Shown here: positions 1 to 6,769 of the stretch, piece after piece
Position numbering within the stretch: position 1 is the first letter of the stretch
Layout: each line of letters begins with the position of its first letter
IMG/VR virus record: IMGVR_UViG_3300045988_162729
DNA from: a virus
Length of the DNA: 16,850 bases
Reading direction: 5' to 3' (one strand)
The notes under the pieces: model-generated
What the model saw: the letters and a program-made list of their open reading frames with translations, nothing else
Told to the model about the DNA's origin: nothing
The model's database searches: none
Program-made: the position numbers and the translations under genes

Positions 1-326
1 CACAGAACACATCACGCTGAGAAACTCCTGCACGCCCCACACGGACATTTCCCCAATTTTGTACGCCAAGCAAAGACAAACATGTGTTCGAATTTTTTGT
101 GCGGATGAGGGTGAACGTATGGTTGGTGATGAGGCTGCGATCGAACGGCTGGTTGTGGTGAACAAGAGTTTGGGTTGTGATGGTGGAGTCATGGATTGTT
201 AAATTTTTAACATATGAATAGTTGTTCAGGTGTTGCTTAAATAACAAGAGGTTTGGTATAGTTAGAAACTATTAGACATTTATATGAATGTGAGGTATAA
301 TGGAAGCATAAAAGGAACTGGTAAAT
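1..326. repeat. Left inverted terminal repeat (ITR), 326 bp
   Basis: Bases 1-326 are the exact reverse complement of 16525-16850, compared by eye. Identity ends at 327 (g, versus a in the mirrored right end). Terminal repeats together with a protein-primed polB indicate a linear genome with terminal-protein-capped ends. Confidence 0.95.
273..301 (+). promoter_or_regulatory. Left early promoter inside the ITR (TAGACA-17 nt-TATAAT)
   Basis: The -35 TAGACA lies at 273-278, followed by a 17-nt spacer and a consensus -10 TATAAT at 296-301. It points inward toward the first CDS at 351. Confidence 0.6.
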
Positions 327-350
327 GTATATTAGAAAAGGAGAATTAAT

Positions 351-695
351 ATGAGAAACAACGTTATTGCAGTAGGAAAAGAAATTATTAAGTGTTTAGA
401 AAGTAACAACGAAGTAAAGGCATATCAAGTATTGTATAATTGTGAAGACAAATTAAAATATGATGAAATTAATTTGTTAAACTATGCAATGTTAAAATGG
501 TCTGATTTTATTAATGGTGAAATTTCATATAGTGATATGGACTATATAAAAGAAAGTTACGCTCCTGGTTATATGTCAAGAAAAGAGGGTGCAATGGAAA
601 AGCTGTACATAGGTAGGTATGGTGTAGGAATTGCAGTTCATAAGCCCGCGTTCAACACAAGTAGATATCATGTTATTTTGTATTATGTATTTTAA
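351..695 (+). CDS. Hypothetical early protein (114 aa)
   Basis: ORF with a strong RBS (aaaggag) 6 nt upstream of the ATG. It is the first gene downstream of the ITR promoter. I recognise no motif. Confidence 0.7.
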   Translation: MRNNVIAVGKEIIKCLESNNEVKAYQVLYNCEDKLKYDEINLLNYAMLKWSDFINGEISYSDMDYIKESYAPGYMSRKEGAMEKLYIGRYGVGIAVHKPAFNTSRYHVILYYVF

Positions 696-718
696 TATTA
701 AAAAGTGAGGAATATACC

Positions 719-1366
719 ATGAAAAAAGATTATTCGTTAGACTGGAATTTAGTTAGAACAATGAACAAAACTGATTTATATAAATTGGCAAAACGATATG
801 CTAATGCATATAATCGCCGTGTGGAAAATATGCTTGCATCTGAATTAAAAGAGTCATACGCATATAAAAAAATATCATCATTATTAGGTGCTCCTTATCT
901 TAAAAAATACAAAGGAAAATCAAAAACAATGAAACGGGTTCTTGTTTCTAACGTAACCTCAAAACTTTCAATAGAGGATTTGAGATCGGCAGTTAGTTCT
1001 TTTGAAAAATTTCTAACTCACGAAACATCAACATCAAAAGGACTTAGACAAGCAAAAGAGCGTCGCTATGAATTAGCACGTAAATATATAGGTAAATCAG
1101 CATCCGATCGTGAAGCAAAAGATTTTCTTACATTTCTAGGTAATACAATAAATGCAACAAAAGAGTTTGCACCAAGCGACACGGTACTAGAGGCAATTTC
1201 AAAATCATATGATAAAAATAATTATGATTTAGAAAAATTAAAAGAAGAATATGAAGAATTTAAGCGATCTGGTGATTCATTTGCTGAATGGATTAGGCAT
1301 ATGGATATTGATTATAAAGAGCAAGGATTAGAATTTTCAAATACAATGCATAAAATGGGATGGTAG
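719..1366 (+). CDS. Putative terminal protein (215 aa), assigned by position only
   Basis: ORF with RBS gtgagga. It sits immediately upstream of, and is nearly coupled to, the protein-primed DNA polymerase gene, as with phi29 gene 3 and gene 2. It is Lys/Arg-rich with an acidic C-terminal part. I see no direct sequence similarity to the phi29 terminal protein. Confidence 0.45.
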   Translation: MKKDYSLDWNLVRTMNKTDLYKLAKRYANAYNRRVENMLASELKESYAYKKISSLLGAPYLKKYKGKSKTMKRVLVSNVTSKLSIEDLRSAVSSFEKFLTHETSTSKGLRQAKERRYELARKYIGKSASDREAKDFLTFLGNTINATKEFAPSDTVLEAISKSYDKNNYDLEKLKEEYEEFKRSGDSFAEWIRHMDIDYKEQGLEFSNTMHKMGW

Positions 1367-1370
1367 TTGA

Positions 1371-3557
1371 ATGATTTTAAATAGACCGGAATCAGTCGAT
1401 GAAAAAAGATTATCTTCTATTGTTTACAATGAAGATATTAATATATCTGAAATAATAGAAGAAAATACGAATAACACGATTTCAAATGGAAAGAAAAGAC
1501 GTGTTTTGTTATCTGATTTTGGAACTATTGATACAGAGACAACTACTATTCGTGCTTGTTCGGTAAACAATCCATTTGATTTCCCGATATCTGTAACATA
1601 CTTATATCAAATTACACTTTTTGATTATAATTTTATTTTTAGAACTTCTGATGATTTTTCAAGTTTTCTTAACACAATAGTTGTTGAGTTAAACAAGCAT
1701 AATGCTACATTAGTATTTTACGTTCATAATTTATCATTTGAATTTCAGTTTTTTAAAGCATTTTTGAATATAGATTCAGATTCAGTATTTGCTACAAAAC
1801 CGCGTTCTATAATGAAATTTACAACTGATGATGGAGCATTAGAATTTCGATGTAGTTATTATTTGTCTAATATGAGTCTTGAAAAATTTACAGAAAATTT
1901 CTGTGATGAAACATATCGCAAAGATAAAGACTTAATTGACTATGAGATTGAACGTTTTCCATGGACTGAATTATCAGACGAGGAATTATATTACTCCTTA
2001 ATGGACACTATTACATTGTATCATGCCATAAAAAATATTATGGAAAAAGATGGCGATAATATAAAAACGATTCCGGCTACTAGCACAGGTTATCCGCGTC
2101 GTGATGGTCGTATTGCTTGCATTGGTAAATCATCTTATCACAGAACAGATGAACAGAAAAAATATGTTAAATTATTTCATAAAGTACGAATTGATAAACA
2201 TATGATGGAACTTGCGGAAAAAGCTTTTCGTGGTGGAAATACGCACGCAAATAGATTCTATGCAAATCAGCATCTATATAATATTGGAAGTTATGATTTC
2301 TCTAGTTCCTATCCTGCTGTTATTGTTGCATCCGATTATTTTGCTATGTCAAAACCAGTTGAGTGTACAAAAGATGTACAAGACTTAGACTCGTTAAAAT
2401 ACTATGCAAATAAGTATTGGATGATTTTACGTATATTATTTAAGGATATTGAAGTTAGAGACTATAAAAAAGTCGTATGCCCGTATATATCAAAATCAAA
2501 TGTTTTGTATGATCGAAAAGAAGATGGAATATATGATAACGGAAGAATTTTAAAACAGAATGGATATGTAGAGATAACGTGTCTCGGAAATGAACTGCCT
2601 ATTATAATGGGACAATACAAAGGAAGTTTTAAAGTTATAGAGGCATACTACAGCCATAAAGGATATTTACCAGATTTATTACGTAAAACAGTGCTTAATT
2701 ATTTTCATACCAAAACAGAATTGAAAGGAGTACAAGGAAAAGAATACGAATACATGAAATCAAAAAACAAGCTAAATTCCTTTTATGGAATGATGGTTGA
2801 AAAAATGGTAAAACCGATTATCGAATATTCGCTCGGTAAATGTATTATGAGACAACCGACTGAAGAAGAAATAGAAGATGCAATTGCTAAATTCTATTCG
2901 AATCGTTCAAACAAATATTTGTGCTTTCTGTGGGGTGTATCTATTACGGCAGTAGCGCGTGTTAGGTTGCAGGAAATGATCGATATTGTAGGTTCTGATT
3001 TTGTTTATTGTGATACTGATTCATGTAAAATGAGAAGTCCAGAAAAATATATAAAGAAATTTGATGAATATAACGAAGAATGGATTAAAAAAGCTGATAA
3101 TTGTGGATTGCAGTATTATGCATATACAAAAAATAATGAAAAACAAATTTTAGGAATTGCAGATCGTGAATCAGATTATAAAGAATTTATTACGCTAGGT
3201 GCAAAGAAATACGCTGTTATTAATCAGAAAAATGTACTTGAAATTACAATTGCAGGTGTTCCTAAAAAAGCAGGTGCATTATTATTAGGAAATATAGATA
3301 ATTTCAAGCCGGGATTTGTTTTTAAAACAAGTGATTCTGATTCTAATTCATTGCGTCAATTATGGAAGAAAACATTATTTTATAACGATGATATTAATGA
3401 GGTATTAACAATAGATGGTAAACAATTAAACATTACATCTTATGTAGCACTTGAGCGTACAACCTATGAGTTAAACATAACAGACGAGTATCAAGACTTA
3501 ATACAAGAAAATTACTTAAATACTTTAATGGTGCAAGATGATGTATACTTTAATTAG
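1371..3557 (+). CDS. Protein-primed family-B DNA polymerase (728 aa)
   Basis: All signature motifs are visible. Exo I is IDTETTT (phi29 DFETTT). Exo II is VHNLSFEFQF (phi29 HNLKFDGAF). Exo III is YYSLMDTITL. Motif A is YDFSSSYP (Dx2SLYP). Motif B is KNKLNSFYGMM (Kx3NSxYG). Motif C is VYCDTDS. The KxY motif is GAKKYAV. Confidence 0.95.
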   Translation: MILNRPESVDEKRLSSIVYNEDINISEIIEENTNNTISNGKKRRVLLSDFGTIDTETTTIRACSVNNPFDFPISVTYLYQITLFDYNFIFRTSDDFSSFLNTIVVELNKHNATLVFYVHNLSFEFQFFKAFLNIDSDSVFATKPRSIMKFTTDDGALEFRCSYYLSNMSLEKFTENFCDETYRKDKDLIDYEIERFPWTELSDEELYYSLMDTITLYHAIKNIMEKDGDNIKTIPATSTGYPRRDGRIACIGKSSYHRTDEQKKYVKLFHKVRIDKHMMELAEKAFRGGNTHANRFYANQHLYNIGSYDFSSSYPAVIVASDYFAMSKPVECTKDVQDLDSLKYYANKYWMILRILFKDIEVRDYKKVVCPYISKSNVLYDRKEDGIYDNGRILKQNGYVEITCLGNELPIIMGQYKGSFKVIEAYYSHKGYLPDLLRKTVLNYFHTKTELKGVQGKEYEYMKSKNKLNSFYGMMVEKMVKPIIEYSLGKCIMRQPTEEEIEDAIAKFYSNRSNKYLCFLWGVSITAVARVRLQEMIDIVGSDFVYCDTDSCKMRSPEKYIKKFDEYNEEWIKKADNCGLQYYAYTKNNEKQILGIADRESDYKEFITLGAKKYAVINQKNVLEITIAGVPKKAGALLLGNIDNFKPGFVFKTSDSDSNSLRQLWKKTLFYNDDINEVLTIDGKQLNITSYVALERTTYELNITDEYQDLIQENYLNTLMVQDDVYFN

Positions 3558-3562
3558 GCAAT

Positions 3563-3664
3563 AAAAAAACTCCGGTGCTATTAGCATTGCCAACCACGGC
3601 ACAAGATACAGTAGAACTTAATCCATGGTATCTGTATCAAGCTTGATCTAATAGTCACCGGATT
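3563..3664 (-). ncRNA. Candidate structured small RNA (phi29 pRNA-like architecture); strand uncertain
   Basis: A 14-bp closing helix pairs 3571-3584 (tccggtgctattag) with 3648-3662 (ctaatagtcaccgga), leaving one bulged base at 3655. It encloses 63 nt with three possible hairpins. These are 3588-3601 (loop aaccac), 3604/3605-3633/3638, and the 3636-3647 palindrome atcaagcttgat. On the minus strand the helix is followed directly by T7 (complement of 3563-3569). It is also preceded by a possible promoter, TTGCAT (3699-3694), 17 nt, TG-extended TACTAT (3676-3671), which would place the transcription start at the base of the helix. Confidence 0.35.
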
Positions 3665-3709
3665 GATTATATAGTATCATATTTTTTTAAAAAATGCAAG
3701 ATAAAAAGC

Positions 3710-3738
3710 TTGACATTTTAAGATAATAGTTATATACT
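3710..3738 (+). promoter_or_regulatory. Consensus sigma-A type promoter (TTGACA-17 nt-TATACT)
   Basis: TTGACA lies at 3710-3715, followed by exactly 17 nt and TATACT at 3733-3738. It is 50 nt upstream of the CDS at 3788. The hexamers and the TATACTATA extension are identical to those of the promoter at 5634. Confidence 0.75.
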
Positions 3739-3787
3739 ATAGTTGTAACAAAGAAAAAAATAAAAATTAAAAAGGAGAACAAATTAT

Positions 3788-4144
3788 ATGGCATTAAAAG
3801 TAAAAGAAACTACATTTTCAGCGAGAGACACACTTCGAATTACATCTTCTACAGATGCAGTACCGATGAAAGATGTGCCGGATGGAACAGAACTTCATTA
3901 CATCGGATATGTAAAGACAGAAATTACAAATGAATCATCAGGTGAAATTTTTGATTCGATTGTAATTAAAACAGAAGATGGCAGTTTATATGCAACACGA
4001 TCAGCTTCCTTTATGAGAGCATTAGAGGAAATTCTTGAAACAATTGCTGATTTTGGGGAAGATGATTTAGAACCAATTATTTTAACAGTTAAACATCTTA
4101 AGAGTAAGAATGGAAATACATTTGTTACATGTCAGTTAGCATAA
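3788..4144 (+). CDS. Probable single-stranded DNA-binding protein, phi29 p5-like (118 aa)
   Basis: Strong RBS (aaaggag). Size and motifs resemble phi29 SSB p5 as I recall it. VPDGT matches LPDGT, EDGSLYA matches ADGSLYS, and the C-terminal NGNTFVTCQL matches KGNVFFSLQL. This rests on memory-based similarity, not a search. Confidence 0.55.
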   Translation: MALKVKETTFSARDTLRITSSTDAVPMKDVPDGTELHYIGYVKTEITNESSGEIFDSIVIKTEDGSLYATRSASFMRALEEILETIADFGEDDLEPIILTVKHLKSKNGNTFVTCQLA

Positions 4145-4163
4145 AAGAAAGGAAGTAAGTAAA

Positions 4164-4379
4164 ATGAAAAGAACAGTAGTAGAATATAATTATAGTGTAA
4201 CGATGGAAAACGGTGAAACATTTAATATTGTATCATCGAAATCAATTAGTGTAAGAAAACTGAATAAAGTTTGTAAAGATAAAGGCAGTGAATATAAGAC
4301 CGCTGTTTGTACTACAGAATCACATACCTACGAATTATCAGATGAAAAGTTTATTGAATTAGCAACTAGAATTGACTAA
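4164..4379 (+). CDS. Hypothetical protein (71 aa)
   Basis: ORF with RBS aaaggaag upstream. It is tightly spaced after the SSB-like gene and followed by a terminator. Confidence 0.65.
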   Translation: MKRTVVEYNYSVTMENGETFNIVSSKSISVRKLNKVCKDKGSEYKTAVCTTESHTYELSDEKFIELATRID

Positions 4380-4406
4380 TATAGTCATTTTTGAATACCT
4401 CCTTGT

Positions 4407-4440
4407 AAAAAGCGGCTAGTGGAAATCAGCCGCTTTTTAT
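4407..4440 (+). terminator. Intrinsic terminator
   Basis: The stem pairs aaaaagcggct (4407-4417) with agccgcttttt (4428-4438) around a 10-nt loop. A T-run, tttttatttttg, follows. The GC-rich core is agcggct/agccgct. Confidence 0.75.
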
Positions 4441-4443
4441 TTT

Positions 4444-4459
4444 TGTTTCACGTGAAACA
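4444..4459. promoter_or_regulatory. Palindrome copy 1: TGTTTCACGTGAAACA
   Basis: Perfect 16-bp palindrome. It is followed one nt later by the RBS agaaagg and ends 16 nt before the ATG at 4476 (packaging ATPase). Confidence 0.9.
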
Positions 4460-4475
4460 CAGAAAGGCAAATATT

Positions 4476-5576
4476 ATGTATTTTGATGAATTTAATAATT
4501 TTAAAGTTATGCCACCATATCACGACGGTAGAAAGTTATTATCTTTAAAAGATTTAAATAAAGAGAAACCAGAAATTTATATTGATACTACTAATCGTAC
4601 AGCAGGTAAAACAACGTTTTACAATGGATATTTGGTTGATAGATTTTTACAATTTGGCGAAAAATTTTGTCTATTGTACAGAAAAAAATATGAGTTAGAG
4701 ATCGTAGAAAGAACATTTTTTGATGATATAGGAAAAATTTTTTTCAGCGGATTGGAAATGATATCAGAATCTAAAGCAAATGGTGCTATTGATTTTTTGT
4801 ACTTAAATCAAGTTGGCGAAAAAGAGTCTAATAAAAAACAGTGTGGATATGCGATATCAATTAGTGGTGCTGATGAAATAAAGAAAATGTCACACCTGTT
4901 ATCTGATGTTGTTAGGATTTTATTTGATGAATTTCAATTGGAATCAAGGCGTTATCTTAAAAATGAATTACAGAGTGTTATTTCTATACACGACTCAATT
5001 GCGCGTGGTGCAGGACAACAAACTAGATATGTTCCATTAATTCTTGTCGGAAATTTACTTGATTTATATAATCCCTATTATGAAGCAATGGGAATATCAA
5101 TGCGGCTTGATATCAAAACAAATTATATGCGTGGTAATGGATGGGTACTAGCGCAAGGTTTCAACGCAGAAGCGGCAAGTAAAATAAAACAGACAGGTTT
5201 TCATAAAGCATTTTCATCGCATGACTACACAGCGGTATCTGAAAAGAAAGAATACTTATTCGATGAAACAAATAATATCAGAACTGATATTCCAAACCGG
5301 GGTTCTTATGTAGGTACTATTTCCTCAAAAAATAAAAAATACGGTGTCCGGTATATATGGGAATGTGAATGTTTTTATGTAAGCAAAAAATCAGATCCAT
5401 CGTGGGTAACTGCTATAGCCGCTACTGAATCAGATATAGCAGAAGATTCGATTTTCATTAGAAGATCAAAACTGAGAGAAAAACTAGAAAAAGCATTGCA
5501 TACAAATAATTTGTACTATGACAGTATGGAGAGTAAAAAGGCGTCATTATCATTAATATATAACAAAGAAATTTGA
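4476..5576 (+). CDS. DNA encapsidation (packaging) ATPase, phi29 gp16-like (366 aa)
   Basis: Walker A is NRTAGKTT and Walker B is ILFDEF. The size is typical of gp16-type ATPases. I place the start at ATG 4476 (RBS agaaagg at 4461-4467) rather than the ORF-track 4419, which lies inside the upstream terminator hairpin. Confidence 0.85.
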   Translation: MYFDEFNNFKVMPPYHDGRKLLSLKDLNKEKPEIYIDTTNRTAGKTTFYNGYLVDRFLQFGEKFCLLYRKKYELEIVERTFFDDIGKIFFSGLEMISESKANGAIDFLYLNQVGEKESNKKQCGYAISISGADEIKKMSHLLSDVVRILFDEFQLESRRYLKNELQSVISIHDSIARGAGQQTRYVPLILVGNLLDLYNPYYEAMGISMRLDIKTNYMRGNGWVLAQGFNAEAASKIKQTGFHKAFSSHDYTAVSEKKEYLFDETNNIRTDIPNRGSYVGTISSKNKKYGVRYIWECECFYVSKKSDPSWVTAIAATESDIAEDSIFIRRSKLREKLEKALHTNNLYYDSMESKKASLSLIYNKEI

Positions 5577-5582
5577 TATAGT

Positions 5583-5618
5583 AAAAAGTTATAACATAAT
5601 TTTTGTTATAACTTTTTT
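5583..5618 (+). terminator. Probable, weak, AT-rich intrinsic terminator
   Basis: The stem pairs aaaaagttataac (5583-5595) with gttataacttttt (5605-5617) around a 9-nt loop, with T6 at 5613-5618. It lies directly after the ATPase stop codon. Confidence 0.5.
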
Positions 5619-5633
5619 CTATAATAATTGATA

Positions 5634-5662
5634 TTGACAAAAACTATAACAAGAAGTATACT
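5634..5662 (+). promoter_or_regulatory. Consensus sigma-A type promoter of the lysis/structural operon (TTGACA-17 nt-TATACT)
   Basis: TTGACA lies at 5634-5639, followed by a 17-nt spacer and TATACT at 5657-5662. It is 40 nt upstream of the holin ATG. Confidence 0.75.
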
Positions 5663-5701
5663 ATAAGTATAAATTATATAGGAAAGGAGATGTTATAAGA
5701 G

Positions 5702-6052
5702 ATGAATGCAGTTATGGTAGCAATTACATTTAATGCATTAGACATATTAACTGGAATGATAGCGGCAATTCGTTCAAAAGAAATTCAGTCCTCAAAATTA
5801 CGAGATGGATTATTTAAGAAAGCCGCTTTTATTTTGTGCTATTTTCTAGCGTGGTTAATTGACACATACGGACATACAGTAGGTTTTTCAATTGGGGTGC
5901 CAGTCTTACCGGTAATTGTGTTGTACGTCGTAACAACAGAATTAGTGTCAATTATTGAAAATATTACAAAGATTAATCCTGATTTACTAGGTTCTAAATT
6001 ACTTGAAATGTTTCACGTGAAACACGACACAGAAGAAGGTGAGACTAAATAA
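5702..6052 (+). CDS. Holin, TcdE/Phage_holin_4_1-like (116 aa)
   Basis: The N-terminus NALDILTGMIAAIRSKEIQSSKLRDGLFKKAAFIL and the later ELVSIIENITKI match the family pattern ..LD.ITG...A.....SSK.G..G..KK ... E..SI.EN. There are three hydrophobic segments. The gene lies directly upstream of the endolysin with a 1-nt overlap (taATG). Confidence 0.85.
   Translation: MNAVMVAITFNALDILTGMIAAIRSKEIQSSKLRDGLFKKAAFILCYFLAWLIDTYGHTVGFSIGVPVLPVIVLYVVTTELVSIIENITKINPDLLGSKLLEMFHVKHDTEEGETK
6009..6024. promoter_or_regulatory. Palindrome copy 2: TGTTTCACGTGAAACA (inside the holin 3' end)
   Basis: Perfect copy, translated as MFHVKH in the holin frame. It ends 27 nt before the endolysin ATG at 6052. Confidence 0.9.
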
Positions 6053-6765
6053 TGGGAAGCATTGCAAAGGCAGTTAAGTTTATGATAGAAATTGCAAATG
6101 ACGATTTACATGGATATGATCAAGTGGAAAGAAATGGCCCTGATTATGACTGTTCATCTCTAGTTTCAACGGCATTATATCAAGCAGGTTTTAATATTTC
6201 TCCTTATTCTTGGACTGGTAACATGGAAGTACAATTGAGAGCATGTGGTTTCACTGATTGTAAACCGCCTTGGAAAGCAGGTGACATACATCTCAATAGT
6301 AAACATCATGTATGTATGTCAATAAATGAGAATCAAATTGCGCAAGCATCTATTAACGAAAACGGTTATGTGACTGGTGGGAAAACAGGAGATCAAACTG
6401 GTAAAGAAATAATTATTAGAAATTACTATGAGTATTCAAAAGGATGGGATTTTCATTTAAGATACACTGGTGAACATAATCATAAGACACTAGAAGAAAT
6501 CGTAGATGAAGTGATAGCAGGAAAATGGGGAAATGGTGATTCCAGAGTTACCGCCTTACAGAATGCAGGTTTTAATCCAAACAGTGTTCAGACTGAGGTA
6601 AATAAAAAATTAAGAAAAACTGATGAAAAGAGGAAATCAGATATAGCAAAAGAAGTATTAGAAGGGAAATGGGGAAATGGAACTGATAGAATCGTAAATT
6701 TAACAAAAGCAGGATATGAATATGAAGAAATACAAAATATTGTAAATCAGATGTTGCAGAGGTAA
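6052..6765 (+). CDS. Endolysin: N-terminal Amidase_5/NlpC-P60-type cysteine amidase/peptidase plus two CW_7 (Cpl-7-type) cell-wall-binding repeats (237 aa)
   Basis: NGPDYDCSSLVSTALYQAG resembles the Dp-1 Pal motif DGPDSYDCSSSMYYALRSAG (catalytic Cys), with HHVCM downstream. Two repeats, GKWGNGDSRVTALQNAGFNPNSVQTEVNKKL and GKWGNGTDRIVNLTKAGYEYEEIQNIVNQML, match the CW_7 pattern GxWGNGxxRxxxLxxAGYxYxxVQxxVN. Confidence 0.9.
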   Translation: MGSIAKAVKFMIEIANDDLHGYDQVERNGPDYDCSSLVSTALYQAGFNISPYSWTGNMEVQLRACGFTDCKPPWKAGDIHLNSKHHVCMSINENQIAQASINENGYVTGGKTGDQTGKEIIIRNYYEYSKGWDFHLRYTGEHNHKTLEEIVDEVIAGKWGNGDSRVTALQNAGFNPNSVQTEVNKKLRKTDEKRKSDIAKEVLEGKWGNGTDRIVNLTKAGYEYEEIQNIVNQMLQR

Positions 6766-6769
6766 TATA

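Noticed and set aside
77-90. A Firmicute LexA (Cheo) box-like sequence, CAAACATGTGTTCG, in the ITR
   Set aside because: It mismatches the highly conserved G of CGAAC. It also lies about 195 bp upstream of the ITR promoter in an apparently strictly lytic genome, so chance is the likeliest explanation.
84-97. A tRNA-like T-loop sequence (gttcgaat) and the GC-rich terminal block as a possible tRNA or ncRNA gene
   Set aside because: No flanking T-stem, acceptor or anticodon arms can be drawn, and I found no outward-facing promoter.
101-190. A G-quadruplex in the G/T-rich part of the ITR (for example GGTTGGTGATGAGG)
   Set aside because: Only GG runs are present, with irregular and sometimes long loops. 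At best this gives weak two-tetrad structures, so I treat the region as direct repeats instead.
4419-4475. The ORF-track N-terminal extension of the ATPase (MEISRFLFLFHVKHRKANI...)
   Set aside because: The extension starts inside the terminator hairpin and reads through the palindrome. ATG 4476 has a properly spaced AGAAAGG RBS, so the extension is an artefact of the longest-ORF rule.
5458-5640. A 60-aa minus-strand ORF spanning the ATPase 3' end, the terminator and the promoter
   Set aside because: It overlaps a supported CDS and regulatory elements, has no RBS, and its hydrophobic AT-rich translation is typical of noise.
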